NCBI GenBank assembly: GCA_964390745.1
Contig: CAYMIK010000002.1
Span: forward strand, 26,866 to 90,865
Origin: an uncultured Candidatus Saccharibacteria bacterium
GTDB lineage: Bacteria; Patescibacteriota; JAUYIX01; CAYMIK01
Length of the DNA: 64,000 bases
Reading direction: 5' to 3'
The position numbers were made by a program, and so were the translations under genes. Shown here one piece after another: positions 20,218-30,914 of the stretch; the first letter of the stretch is position 1; each line of letters starts with the position of its first letter. Below the pieces are notes generated by a model, which worked only from the letters and a program-made list of their open reading frames with translations, made no database searches and was not told the origin of the DNA.

Positions 20218-21561
20218 ATGAGTGAACAGCACAAAACAACCTTTGGAAGTCAGGTGATTGAGCGTGTTTTTGTCGACGGATCCACGCTGGTGGGAATGTC
20301 ACTCATTAATATTCTTATTGCGCGGTCACTCGGGGCTTCAGGAAAGGGCGCTATTGCTTTGGCGATGCTCATTGCCAATATTATTTTTGTATTTTCATCG
20401 TTTGGCGTTCATCAGGCAAATAACTATTTCCGTGGTCGCAGAAATCATTCGCCAAGCGCACTGTACACAAACGCCATTATTTTTTCGATACTTATTTCGT
20501 TGGTTGCCGGTGGAATATTCTTACTGGTGTACCCAATGCTGGCTGATCGGTTCTTTTCTGGACTTCCCGTAAGATTTATTTTGCTTGCGTTGACTATTCT
20601 GCCCTTCTTGCATATTCAATCGAGCTTCACGAATTTTTTGCTCATTGAAAAAAAGCTTCGTTATTATAATGCCGTAAGTATTCTTAAAGTAGTTGTTCAG
20701 GTTGTATTGGTATATGTATTCTTGTTTCCGTTGCAACTTGGAACGTACTCGGTTGTGGCTGCATGGATTGTTGCGCAGGCATTCTTGGGAATTCTCACGG
20801 TCTATAAAACATGGCGCGCGCAAGACGCCAAGCTTTTGTTTCACTTTGCACTTTTGAAAGAAACCTTTTTGTTTGGCTTGCGCGGCTACTTTGGAAACTT
20901 TATTTATTTTATCAACCAGCGACTCGATCTCATTATGGTGAGTTTCTTTTTGCCACTCGCCGATGTTGGCGTGTATTCGGTAGCCTCAGCTTTGAGTGAA
21001 ATCTTGCTGCAACTTCCAGGATCTGTTACAACCATTTTGTTTCCACGAGTGGCGGCTACCACCGACGAGGATTCGAATCAATTTACGCCGCGTATCTTTC
21101 GAAACATGATCGTGATTATGATCCTTTTGGGCTTGGGCCTGGCGGTGTTTGGTCACCTCGTTATTTCCTTTTTCTTTGGTCCTGAATTTGAGCGAGGAAT
21201 TACGCCACTCTATGTTATGATTCCGGGTGTAGCGTTCATAGGGGCGGCAACGGTTTTAGGAAACGATCTTTCCGCGCGAGGTCGTCTCGAAGTTCATAGC
21301 TATATCGCGGGCATTGGATTGGTGCTCGATGTTGTTCTGAATATTCTTCTTATTCCACATTTTGGCTTGCTGGGTGCTGCGCTTGGCTCGACGCTGTCGT
21401 ACACGCTCATTGCTCTTGCGCTCATTGTCGCCTTCCGTGTTATTACAAAAGTCTCGTTTCGCGATATGCTTATTTTGAAGAAAAGTGATCTGGTGTATTA
21501 CGCCCGACTTCTTCACAAACTCCATCTTTTACCCGAATCAGTTGTTCAGAAACTCACATGA
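20218..21561 (+). CDS. wzx: Oligosaccharide flippase (Wzx/MOP family)
   Basis: IARSLG...KG, RLDLIMV...VGVYSVA and LNILLIP.FGL.GAA motifs; about 12 TM helices. Confidence 0.85.
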   Translation: MSEQHKTTFGSQVIERVFVDGSTLVGMSLINILIARSLGASGKGAIALAMLIANIIFVFSSFGVHQANNYFRGRRNHSPSALYTNAIIFSILISLVAGGIFLLVYPMLADRFFSGLPVRFILLALTILPFLHIQSSFTNFLLIEKKLRYYNAVSILKVVVQVVLVYVFLFPLQLGTYSVVAAWIVAQAFLGILTVYKTWRAQDAKLLFHFALLKETFLFGLRGYFGNFIYFINQRLDLIMVSFFLPLADVGVYSVASALSEILLQLPGSVTTILFPRVAATTDEDSNQFTPRIFRNMIVIMILLGLGLAVFGHLVISFFFGPEFERGITPLYVMIPGVAFIGAATVLGNDLSARGRLEVHSYIAGIGLVLDVVLNILLIPHFGLLGAALGSTLSYTLIALALIVAFRVITKVSFRDMLILKKSDLVYYARLLHKLHLLPESVVQKLT

Positions 21562-22646
21562 AAAAGATTACCTTTCTTGCCGATGCCGGAAATGCACACA
21601 TGCAGCGATGGCTGACGGCTCTTTCGAAAGATTTTGAAATTCAGGTTGTGACCCAATCGTTGGATACAAACGTTCCAAAGAACGTTCAGCAGATTCACTA
21701 CAACATTCAGTTTTCAAGAAACCCTCTTTTGCGGCCGCTGCAGATTCTCCGGCAAAACCGAAAGATCCGAAAAGCTATTGCGGCATTTTCGCCAGATATT
21801 TTGCATGTGCATTATGCGTTAGCGCACTCCATCGCCTACGCACTACCAAAAAATATTACTACGGTAGTTTCATTGTGGGGTTCGGATATCGTGCCACTTC
21901 CGGGAAAAAATTTTTCCGACCAAGACTTCGCATACCTCGACTTATATCTTTCGAGAGCTACGCGTATTACGGTTACGAGCTCGTTTCTTGCGACCTACTT
22001 TACCAAGTTGTTTCGCGATACGTACCAAAAACCCACCGTCATTCCGTTTGGAATTGACACGGGGCTCTATGCTCCGATGCGCCGAACCAAGAATGTAGGG
22101 AAACCCGTTGTTGTGGGATTTGCACGGCAGTTCTATTCGCACTATGGATTTATGGATCTTTTGCAAGCTTCCGCGCCACTTTGCAAAGAAAACTTGCTAA
22201 CACTCAGGGTTGCGGGAAGTGGCGAAGAAGAGAATTTGTACAAAGCTGCCGTTGCCAAATTGGGTCTCCAGCATGCGGTTAAGTTTGTGGGGCGGATAGA
22301 AAACGCCTTTGAAATGCCAAAATTTTATGCATCGATAGACATTTTTGCGAATCCATCACACCGCGAATCATTTGGCGTTGCGGCGCTTGAAGCCGAATCG
22401 TGCGAAGTTCCGGTGGTTGCCGCAAAGACGGGCGGAATTCCGGAAACCGTAAAAAACGGCGAGACGGGAATTTTGTACCAAGTTGGAGATATTGAAGAGC
22501 TGCGTGCTGCATTGAAGAAATTGGCTGAAGACTCAAAACTTCGAGAAAGCATGGGGAGGGCTGGAAGAAAGTTTGTTCAGGAAACCTATGAGTGGCAAAA
22601 AAATGTTGAAGCTATGAAACAGGTCTACGAAGATGTCACAAAATAA
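21558..22646 (+). CDS. Glycosyltransferase family 4
   Basis: ILHVHY, LWGSDI, ESFGVAALEA...VPVV motifs. Confidence 0.9.
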   Translation: MKKITFLADAGNAHMQRWLTALSKDFEIQVVTQSLDTNVPKNVQQIHYNIQFSRNPLLRPLQILRQNRKIRKAIAAFSPDILHVHYALAHSIAYALPKNITTVVSLWGSDIVPLPGKNFSDQDFAYLDLYLSRATRITVTSSFLATYFTKLFRDTYQKPTVIPFGIDTGLYAPMRRTKNVGKPVVVGFARQFYSHYGFMDLLQASAPLCKENLLTLRVAGSGEEENLYKAAVAKLGLQHAVKFVGRIENAFEMPKFYASIDIFANPSHRESFGVAALEAESCEVPVVAAKTGGIPETVKNGETGILYQVGDIEELRAALKKLAEDSKLRESMGRAGRKFVQETYEWQKNVEAMKQVYEDVTK

Positions 22647-23967
22647 TAAAAAAGTTTTAGTTGTAGCATATTTCTTCCCACCTATGGGTGGTGGAGGAGT
22701 GCAGCGTACGGTGAAATTTGTAAAGTACCTGCGAGATTTTGGGTATGAGCCGGTTGTTTTAACCGTAAAGTCTGGCCAGCACACGGTTTTTGATGCATCG
22801 CTTTCACGCGATATTCCTAAAGGCGTTCGAATTATTCGAACCAACTACTTTGGGTTGTTTTTTGGTGGCAGTGAGGCAAAATCAAAAGAACGACTCTCGA
22901 GCCTTACAAAGAAATCAGATGAAGTAGCTCAAAAAACTTTTTCATGGAAGTCGTTGCTGCGAGCACCGTACCACTTTGTTGAACGAATGTTTCTTGTTCC
23001 TGACATTCAAACTTTTTGGCGAGGCTCTGCATACCGAAAGGCTATAAAGGTACTTCGAAAGGAACATTTTGATCTGATCTACTCAACTTCATCACCATAT
23101 ACCTCACATCTTATTGCGCGTGATTTACATCGCGAAACAAAAATTCCTTGGGTAGCGGACTTCCGTGACCACTGGACGCTTGGCCCAATGTATCAGCCGG
23201 CCAGCTTTGTTCATCAATGGATTGATCGTTCATATGAACGTTCTATTTTGCGCGAAGCGAGTGGTGTAGTTTTTAATACCGAACGAAATCAGAAGGATAT
23301 CGATCAATTCTTCCCAGAAATCTATCGCAAAGCTTGTGCTATTCACAACGGGTTTGATTCCGAAGATATTCACGAGACGGCGTATTACCACGAAGATGAG
23401 ATTAAGTGCTTTTTCCCTGCATCATTTTATGGCAAAGTAAACTCTCCAGAGAAATTTTTGAAAGCATTGGAAATAGTATCCAAAAAAGTTCCCAACATAA
23501 GTCTTTCTATCGCGGGTGATATTGATGCTACGAATCGTCACATGATTGAGTCTTCGCCGCTGTATGGAAAAAATATTTTCCTCCAGGGTTGGATTGCGCA
23601 CAGCGAAGTGACAAAATTTACAACAGCCGCAACATTTTTATTACTCTTCGTTCCGCCGCTTACGCGCGCTGCTTCGTGGGTGCCGCAAAAACTTTATGAA
23701 TATCTTGCTTCTGGCCGACCCATTTTTGCACTCGCACCAAAGAATGGGGAAGCGACAGAGATTATCGAGAAAACACAGACCGGTTATACCGTTTCGTCTG
23801 ATTTGAGCGTAGAAGATACCGCAAAAGAACTCTTGAAGTTTCTCGAGGGGCTTAAGGCCAAAAACTGGCAGCAGCGTGCGAACAAAGATGAAGTGGGAAA
23901 ATTTACCCGAAAAAATTTAACGAAAAAACTCGCGGAATTCTTTGATGAGGTTGTAGATGAAGCTTGA
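22633..23967 (+). CDS. Glycosyltransferase family 4
   Basis: AYFFPPMGGGGVQR, WVADFRDHW, KLYEYLASGRPI motifs. Confidence 0.9.
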   Translation: MSQNNKKVLVVAYFFPPMGGGGVQRTVKFVKYLRDFGYEPVVLTVKSGQHTVFDASLSRDIPKGVRIIRTNYFGLFFGGSEAKSKERLSSLTKKSDEVAQKTFSWKSLLRAPYHFVERMFLVPDIQTFWRGSAYRKAIKVLRKEHFDLIYSTSSPYTSHLIARDLHRETKIPWVADFRDHWTLGPMYQPASFVHQWIDRSYERSILREASGVVFNTERNQKDIDQFFPEIYRKACAIHNGFDSEDIHETAYYHEDEIKCFFPASFYGKVNSPEKFLKALEIVSKKVPNISLSIAGDIDATNRHMIESSPLYGKNIFLQGWIAHSEVTKFTTAATFLLLFVPPLTRAASWVPQKLYEYLASGRPIFALAPKNGEATEIIEKTQTGYTVSSDLSVEDTAKELLKFLEGLKAKNWQQRANKDEVGKFTRKNLTKKLAEFFDEVVDEA

Positions 23968-25135
23968 AAATACTGCTATTGTGTATTTCTCGCCACTCAA
24001 CTGGCACGACAACTGGCAACGTCAGCAAGAGTTTGCGTCGCGCATGGCGGAAAAGAATTTTGTTTTGTTTGTCACGCCGATGGGCTTAATAAACTATAGC
24101 GTTTTGGGTGTCTTCAAAAAGGCATTCCTTCAACTCTTTGGTTTCAAAAAAGGTGGGCAACGGGAAACACAGAACGAAGTGCCAGAGAACATTCATTTTG
24201 TTACCTTACTTTTTCTTCCGCGACACAATAATAGGTTTTTTGAATCAATCAATACGAAGCTGCTTCTCTGGCAAATCCGAAAAAAACTCCGCGCCCTTGG
24301 GGCACAAGAAAAGAAATTAGTCTTTTGGACAGGAAACCCGGTTCGAACTATTAGTAACCTCATTCGGCCACTTGACCCGGAATGTGTTATTTACGACAAC
24401 GCGATGCGTTTTGAAAAACTTGAAAATGCACCTCGCTATACACTCGAACATGAAGAGGTGCTCGTGAAAAAGTGTGACTTTGTGGTAACCGATAACGACT
24501 TTAAAAAGAATCAGTTCGAACAATGGGGTGCAAGGGTTTATAAGATTCCTCAGGCCGTGAATCTTGCTCAGTTTGATGTAAATAAAACGTATGAGATCCC
24601 AGAAAATCTCGTGGGTGTGCAGCACCCAATTGTTGGTTATTATGGCGTGCTTCGCGAGGTGGTAGACTTTGAGCTTCTTCAGTATGTTGCCAAAAAACTC
24701 CCCAGTGTTTCATTCGTATTCATGGGCAATGTGTGGGATCAAGAGAACATTGAAAAACTGAAGGAAAACACAAATGTTCACGTGCTGCCTGCCGTTCCAC
24801 ATAGCCAGCTTCCTTCGTATCTTGCGCATTTCGATGTTGCTCTCATCCCATATATCGTCAATGACTATACACAAGGAACATTTCCGAATAAGCTCTTTGA
24901 ATACTTTTCTTTTTTGAAACCAGTGGTCGCCGAGCCTTTGCCAGAGTTTGAGTATTACAAGGATTTTATGTATCTTTCGAGTGACAAGGATGTTTTTGCG
25001 TCCCATATCGAAGAGGCAATTCAAAAAGGTACGAAAAACAAGGAAAAACTTCAAGCTTTGGTATATCGAAATACATGGGAAAAACGATTTGAAGCGCTTC
25101 AAGAAGCTTTCGAACAAACAAAGGGGAGAAAATAA
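23957..25135 (+). CDS. Glycosyltransferase (GT-B, TuaH-like)
   Basis: W...WQRQQ, IVGYYG, FDVALIPY, PNKLFEY motifs. Confidence 0.85.
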   Translation: MKLENTAIVYFSPLNWHDNWQRQQEFASRMAEKNFVLFVTPMGLINYSVLGVFKKAFLQLFGFKKGGQRETQNEVPENIHFVTLLFLPRHNNRFFESINTKLLLWQIRKKLRALGAQEKKLVFWTGNPVRTISNLIRPLDPECVIYDNAMRFEKLENAPRYTLEHEEVLVKKCDFVVTDNDFKKNQFEQWGARVYKIPQAVNLAQFDVNKTYEIPENLVGVQHPIVGYYGVLREVVDFELLQYVAKKLPSVSFVFMGNVWDQENIEKLKENTNVHVLPAVPHSQLPSYLAHFDVALIPYIVNDYTQGTFPNKLFEYFSFLKPVVAEPLPEFEYYKDFMYLSSDKDVFASHIEEAIQKGTKNKEKLQALVYRNTWEKRFEALQEAFEQTKGRK

Positions 25136-26310
25136 TGGAAAAAATAAAGGTTGCTTTTATAACGGTCAGTACCGAACAGATTGGCCCAAATGTTGTCATT
25201 TTGAATATCGCCAAAAGCCTGGATCGTTCGCGATTTGAACCGGTGGTAGTTGCTTTGGCAGGAAAAGGCTGGGGAAAATATACCAAGGAAGCACATGACT
25301 TCACGACAAAGTTTAAGGAAGCTGATATACCAGTTCATCAGCTCAGTCTTCCAAAAGGTCTTGATCTCTTTTTGGCCGTCCCAAGGCTTTTCTTCTTGTT
25401 GAGGAAGATTCGGCCGCATGTTGTCCATACACATCTTCTTCGCAGCGATGTTTACGGAAGGGTTGCGGCGGGATGGTTGAAGATTCCCGTGGTCTCGACG
25501 CTTCACAATGAAGATCTGTGGCTTACTGGAAAGAGTATCTTTGACGCTATCACTCGAATCGTTGAGCGATGGACGCAGCGTTACGCCGATGCATACATTG
25601 CGGTTGCATCGAATGTAAAAGATTTTTATTTGGCGCACGATGCATCTATCGCTGAGTCAAAGATAACGGTCATCAATAACGCCGTAGATACAAAAAAATA
25701 TGCTCCGAATGCAGCGATACGTGAAGAAAAGCGAGGAGAGCTTGGTGTGACAAATGAAATGACGGTCATTGGAACCACGGCCAGGCTCATAGAACAAAAG
25801 GATCCGCTGATGCTTTTGGCTGCACTTGAAAAAGTTTTTAAGAAGAACTCGCTTGCGCGATTTTTCTGGATTGGTGAAGGGCCACTTCGGAAAGAGGTAG
25901 AAGAACGACTCGAAAAATCGCCACACAAAAACCGGTTTGTACTTTTGGGCCAACGCCAAGATGTTCCGGACCTTTTGCAGGCCCTCGATATTTTTGTTTT
26001 GTCGTCACTCCATGAAGGTTTACCCATGGCACTCCTTGAAGCCATGGCTACAGGCACTGCTGCGGTTGCAACCGCAGTTTCGGGGAATCAAGTGGTCATA
26101 CAGAGTGGACAGACAGGCCTTCTTGCTAAGGTGCATGATGCAGAAAGTATGGCAGAAAATATGTTACAGCTTATCGAAAACTCCGAGCTTCGAAAAAACA
26201 TTGCGGAAGCAGGCACGAAACACGTGCAAACTCATTACTCACTCGAGAAGTTTGGGAAAGAACACCAGGATTTGTACGATCGAGTTTTGACCAAGCACCA
26301 ACTTCCTTGA
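25135..26310 (+). CDS. Glycosyltransferase family 4
   Basis: VVHTH, ARLIEQK, DIFVLSSLHEGLPMALLEAMA motifs. Confidence 0.9.
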   Translation: MEKIKVAFITVSTEQIGPNVVILNIAKSLDRSRFEPVVVALAGKGWGKYTKEAHDFTTKFKEADIPVHQLSLPKGLDLFLAVPRLFFLLRKIRPHVVHTHLLRSDVYGRVAAGWLKIPVVSTLHNEDLWLTGKSIFDAITRIVERWTQRYADAYIAVASNVKDFYLAHDASIAESKITVINNAVDTKKYAPNAAIREEKRGELGVTNEMTVIGTTARLIEQKDPLMLLAALEKVFKKNSLARFFWIGEGPLRKEVEERLEKSPHKNRFVLLGQRQDVPDLLQALDIFVLSSLHEGLPMALLEAMATGTAAVATAVSGNQVVIQSGQTGLLAKVHDAESMAENMLQLIENSELRKNIAEAGTKHVQTHYSLEKFGKEHQDLYDRVLTKHQLP

Positions 26311-26347
26311 TAAAATCAATCACGTATGGCATAATTTTTCCGAACAT

Positions 26348-27172
26348 ATGGATGTTTCTATAATTCTCGTTAACTATAAAACTCCGAAGCAATTGTGCGA
26401 ATGCATCGAGAGTATCTATGCGAACACAGAAAATGTGGACGACATTATTGTTGTGGATAACGATTCGCGTGATGAGAGCATTCAGTTGGTTCGAGAGAAG
26501 TATCCTAATGTTCGAACGGTAGCCTCAAAACACAACGGTGGTTTTGCTATGGCCGCAAATTGGGGAATGAACTTGGCCCGACACGAAACCGTTCTCTTGT
26601 TGAACCCAGACATTATTGTTGAGGGCAACGCTATCGCCACGCTGTACCAAAAGCTGCATGCATCCAAAGATATTGCAATCGTTGCGCCCAAGCTTCTGAA
26701 CTTTGATCGAAGCTTGCAGTACTCTATTGCAAAGTTCCCTAAATTTTTTACGCCATTGTACCGAAGAACGCTTTTTGGAAGACTTTCATTTGGCAAAAAA
26801 GAGTTGCAACGATTTGAAATGAAGGACGTAGATCACGACAGAGAACAGGATGTTGATTGGGCTATCGGCGCTGCACTCATGATGAAACGCGATATTGTTA
26901 TGGCTCTTGGCTGTATGGATAGCCGGTACTTCTTGTATTTTGAAGATGTTGATTTATGTCGAAGGGCTTGGGAGGCTGGCTATCGTGTTCGATATATCCC
27001 TGAAGCTATTATGCTCCACGAGCACAAAAGACTCAGTGCTGACCAGTCTGGGCTGAAGTCTATCGTGAATCGTGTGACGCGTATCCATATTTATAGCTGG
27101 ATCCAGTATTTCTTCAAATTTAAAGGGAAGCTTCGAGTTGCGAAGCGATCGGGTGAAAGTGGACCAAAGTAA
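26348..27172 (+). CDS. Glycosyltransferase family 2 (WbbL-like)
   Basis: VSIILVNY, VVDNDS, LLLNPD, YFLYFEDVDLC motifs. Confidence 0.88.
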   Translation: MDVSIILVNYKTPKQLCECIESIYANTENVDDIIVVDNDSRDESIQLVREKYPNVRTVASKHNGGFAMAANWGMNLARHETVLLLNPDIIVEGNAIATLYQKLHASKDIAIVAPKLLNFDRSLQYSIAKFPKFFTPLYRRTLFGRLSFGKKELQRFEMKDVDHDREQDVDWAIGAALMMKRDIVMALGCMDSRYFLYFEDVDLCRRAWEAGYRVRYIPEAIMLHEHKRLSADQSGLKSIVNRVTRIHIYSWIQYFFKFKGKLRVAKRSGESGPK

Positions 27173-29138
27173 TCTTGCACATCAGCCACAGCCTCTCTAT
27201 AAAGAACACGCAGCATTCTACTTGAACTCAAAGGATGGGGGACACAAGCAGCGAAGAACGATTCTTCGCGTCGTTTTTATCGTCCTTGCTCTAGTACTTG
27301 GATTTCTTGCGATAACGGGCATAACCTATGGAACGTATGGGGTTCTCGCGTTTCGATCGCTCACATCGGCGCAGAAAAATGTGGAAGCTGCCAAAACCCA
27401 ACTGGCTTCAAAGCAAATTGGCAAGGCGGTCATTTTCTTGAACGCCGCGCGCGATGACTTGAGTGCGGCACGAAGTGATCTTGCCAAACTTACCTTTCTG
27501 AAAGTTGTTCCGGTTTTAGGAAATCAGTATCTTGCGGCCGTACACTTAGTGAACGCGGTGTATGTTGTTGATGCGACTATTGCCTCGGCGGCAGATGCTG
27601 CCAATCAGGTTATGTCGGCACTTCCTTCTGGTGACCCCAGCAAAACAACGTTTAACACACTCAACTCTGAACAAAAGGGTAAAATTCTTACCAAGCTTCA
27701 CGAAGTTTCGCCATTATTTGATGGCTCGTCTCAGGACCTTGCACTCGTACAAGGCGAAATTAATAAAATTCCAAGTTTCGGCATCCTTCGCCAGATCACA
27801 AAAAATGCGAATGAAATGAAACGCATTCTGCCAGCCCTTCAGGAAGGCATAGGATTGGCATCGTCGCTTTCAAAAATTGGGCCCGACCTTGCGGGCTACA
27901 AACAAGATAAACGCTACCTTGTTTTGTTTTTGAATAATTCAGAACTCAGGCCGGGTGGTGGATTTATCGGTTCGTACGGCATTATGACTATTAAAAACGG
28001 CGAAATAACCGACTTTCCTGCACACGACATTTATGACATCGATAACGCCTCAAAGGGTGTAAATGCAACAGGGCCAGTTGCAAAGTACATAAATCCTGTC
28101 TTGTACATGCGCGATTCCAACTGGTCGCCTGATTTTCCAACATCGTCTGAAACGGTTTTGGATTTTTACAAACGAGAAAGTGGCGACAAGAAAAATATCG
28201 ATGGCGTTATAGGCATTACGCCCAACGTCATTCATGATTTGCTCACGCTCACTGGCCCAATAACGGTTCCTGGATATCCGTACACATTTACGAGCGAGAA
28301 CTTTTCTACTGAACTCGATCTTGCCGTTGAGTACAACTACTATCAGGCAGGTGTCTCATTTGAAAACCGAAAAAAGATCCTCGGTGATCTCAATAAGACT
28401 ATCCTTCAGAAAATTCTCAGCCTTCCGCAGGATAAATGGAAGAACATACTCGAAATTGTTGCGAACAATATGAGCGGCAAACAGATTATGTTATACCCAA
28501 CGAAAACTTTGGCCGAGCATGATATAATACAATCAATTCTGAGTGAACAAAATTGGGACGGGCACATCGTTCAGACGGATTCTGATTACCTCATGGTTGT
28601 AGATGCTAACGCTCACTCCTTGAAGGCAGATCCCGTGGTGAAGCGAACCATCGATTATCATGTGCAGCTCACAAACGATGGAAAGCCAAAAGTACGCCTC
28701 AATATTACCTATCAACACACGGGTTTCAAAGATCGATTAACCGACGCCTACCAAACGTATACACGCGTTTTGGCACCAAAGGGTTCGAAGTTGATTGGTT
28801 CAAAGAATCTTGGCTCCGACGTAGACACGACGGAAGAAAGTGGAAAGACGAGCTTCGGATTTTACAAACGCATCGAACCACAGACAACGCAAATCGTGAC
28901 GCTTGAATACGAACTGCCACAAAGCATTGCCGCACAAATCCAAGGAAATACGTATAAGTTATATGTTCAGAAGCAGCTCGGTGCATTCGATCGCAACTTA
29001 AATGTCACCCTGCAAAGCCCAAAACAAATCACTGGCTCTGAACCTGTCGGCATCCCATTCGCACTCTCATCAAACAACGAAGGAACATTTCAAACGGTTC
29101 TTTCAAAAGACCTTACGTTTACACTTCATCTCCAATAA
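27138..29138 (+). CDS. DUF4012 domain protein
   Basis: N-terminal TM and helical region; YLVLFLNNSELRPGGGFIGSYG and RDSNWSPDFPTS signatures; start may be GTG 27159. Confidence 0.8.
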   Translation: MRSDRVKVDQSNLAHQPQPLYKEHAAFYLNSKDGGHKQRRTILRVVFIVLALVLGFLAITGITYGTYGVLAFRSLTSAQKNVEAAKTQLASKQIGKAVIFLNAARDDLSAARSDLAKLTFLKVVPVLGNQYLAAVHLVNAVYVVDATIASAADAANQVMSALPSGDPSKTTFNTLNSEQKGKILTKLHEVSPLFDGSSQDLALVQGEINKIPSFGILRQITKNANEMKRILPALQEGIGLASSLSKIGPDLAGYKQDKRYLVLFLNNSELRPGGGFIGSYGIMTIKNGEITDFPAHDIYDIDNASKGVNATGPVAKYINPVLYMRDSNWSPDFPTSSETVLDFYKRESGDKKNIDGVIGITPNVIHDLLTLTGPITVPGYPYTFTSENFSTELDLAVEYNYYQAGVSFENRKKILGDLNKTILQKILSLPQDKWKNILEIVANNMSGKQIMLYPTKTLAEHDIIQSILSEQNWDGHIVQTDSDYLMVVDANAHSLKADPVVKRTIDYHVQLTNDGKPKVRLNITYQHTGFKDRLTDAYQTYTRVLAPKGSKLIGSKNLGSDVDTTEESGKTSFGFYKRIEPQTTQIVTLEYELPQSIAAQIQGNTYKLYVQKQLGAFDRNLNVTLQSPKQITGSEPVGIPFALSSNNEGTFQTVLSKDLTFTLHLQ

Positions 29139-29150
29139 TTTTACGGATTT

Positions 29151-30359
29151 ATGGAAAAACAAAAATCTTTTCGAACAAAATTTGGCGTCTTGATTGCTGT
29201 TTTTGTGGTTGCTGCATTTGGTGTTGGTGTATTAGTTGGAAGCACCAATGCGCTGCCGCCAGCAGTTACTTCGCTTATCAATCGAAGTGCGAGCAATTCT
29301 CGCAATGTCGATTTTAATTTGTACTGGCAGGTCTGGGACTTGCTCGAAAAGAAATTCTATAAACAACCACTTTCGGATCAAGATCGCTTTTACGGATCTA
29401 TCAAGGGAATGGTTTCTTCGCTGGGCGACCCGTACACCGAGTTTATGACACCCGATGAGACTAAGCGTTTTCAATCTGACTTACAAGGTTCGTTTCAGGG
29501 TATTGGCATTGAAATTGGACTCCGAAATGATGTGTTAACGGTTATTGCTCCTTTGGCGGATTCTCCTGCGGAGAAGGCGGGTTTGAAGGCAGGTGACCTT
29601 ATTCTGAAGATTGACGGTGCCGATACGAGCAATATGCAACTGAACGATGCTGTTGCGAAGATCCGTGGCGACAAGGGAACGACCGTGAAATTGAATATTT
29701 TCCACAAGAATAGCTCAAAGGCGGAAGATGTTTCGATTGTTCGTGAAGACATCTCCGTGCAAACGGTCACCGTGAAATATCTGGATAATAACAATGTTGC
29801 ACAGATCGAGCTTTCGCGATTTGGAGAAACCACAGACGACGAGTTCGCAAAAGCGATTGGTGAAATTCGTCAAAAGAATATCAGCAGAATCATTCTTGAT
29901 TTGCGAAATGACCCAGGTGGACTGCTCGCGACATCGGTAGACGTTGCAAGCAAATTTATTGAGAGCGGCGTTGTTGTTATTCAAAAAGCAGGGGACGGTA
30001 CAGAAACAAGATACGAACGAAAGGGCGATGCTCCATTCAAAGATGCGAAGGTTGTGGTGCTCATGAATGAGGGAAGTGCTTCTGCCTCAGAAATCTTGGC
30101 TGGTGCGCTTCGAGACGACAAAGGCGTGAAATTGATTGGTGAAAAGAGCTACGGCAAAGGCTCGGTGCAGGATGTTGAGCTCTTGCCTGATGGATCAAGC
30201 ATTCGTGTAACCATTGCTCGCTGGCTGACCCCAAAGGGAACAAGTATCAACGAAACGGGTTTGCAGCCTGACATCAAGGTGGATCTGACCCAAGATGATA
30301 TCGATGCCGGCCGGGACCCACAACTTGATAAGGCACTCGAGACGGTGAAGGGGCTCTAA
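29151..30359 (+). CDS. ctpA: C-terminal processing protease, S41 family
   Basis: LGDPYT, PDZ (GIGIEI), LDLRNDPGG, SASASEI, GKGSVQ motifs. Confidence 0.93.
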   Translation: MEKQKSFRTKFGVLIAVFVVAAFGVGVLVGSTNALPPAVTSLINRSASNSRNVDFNLYWQVWDLLEKKFYKQPLSDQDRFYGSIKGMVSSLGDPYTEFMTPDETKRFQSDLQGSFQGIGIEIGLRNDVLTVIAPLADSPAEKAGLKAGDLILKIDGADTSNMQLNDAVAKIRGDKGTTVKLNIFHKNSSKAEDVSIVREDISVQTVTVKYLDNNNVAQIELSRFGETTDDEFAKAIGEIRQKNISRIILDLRNDPGGLLATSVDVASKFIESGVVVIQKAGDGTETRYERKGDAPFKDAKVVVLMNEGSASASEILAGALRDDKGVKLIGEKSYGKGSVQDVELLPDGSSIRVTIARWLTPKGTSINETGLQPDIKVDLTQDDIDAGRDPQLDKALETVKGL

Positions 30360-30372
30360 TTTTAGCCCCTTC
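30347..30372 (+). terminator. Putative terminator hairpin
   Basis: GAAGGGGCT-8 nt-AGCCCCTTC spanning the ctpA stop; weak U-tract. Confidence 0.45.
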
Positions 30373-30461
30373 CGTTTGCGAAAAAAGTCCTTGCACCTTT
30401 TTTAAAAATCCTGTATATTCTATTCAATAGTTCTAACCTTGCAACGCACGGATTTTCTTTT

Positions 30462-30914
30462 ATGAAAGTCATTCTTTTACAAGACGTACCAGATGTAGGT
30501 CGCAAGGGCGAAGTCCAAGAAGTTTCGAAAGGATTCGCTCGGAATTTCCTTCTCAAAAATAATCTTGCCAAGGTGGCGACAGCTTCGGATGAAGCCAACG
30601 CCAAGCGGGCCGCCGAAAGGAACGCCGCACAGATTGAGGCAGATCGGCAGAACAACGCACTCTTAGCATCCAAGCTGAAAGACGCAAATATTACCATCAC
30701 TCCCAGCAAAGTTACCTCAGCTGGGAAACTTTTTGGTTCGCTTTCTGAAAAAGATGTGGCAGTAGCCGTCAAGGAACAACTTTCTCTCACTTTAGACCCA
30801 AAAACCATCCTTCTCTCAGAACCACTGAAGAAGGTAGGTTCATATACAGCTCGAATCATTTTGGGTGGTTCGAGTGCGGAGCTTACTATTAATATTCTTA
30901 ATTCAACAAAATAA
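30462..30914 (+). CDS. rplI: 50S ribosomal protein L9
   Basis: MKVILLQDV...GFARNFLL and GKLFGS motifs. Confidence 0.96.
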   Translation: MKVILLQDVPDVGRKGEVQEVSKGFARNFLLKNNLAKVATASDEANAKRAAERNAAQIEADRQNNALLASKLKDANITITPSKVTSAGKLFGSLSEKDVAVAVKEQLSLTLDPKTILLSEPLKKVGSYTARIILGGSSAELTINILNSTK

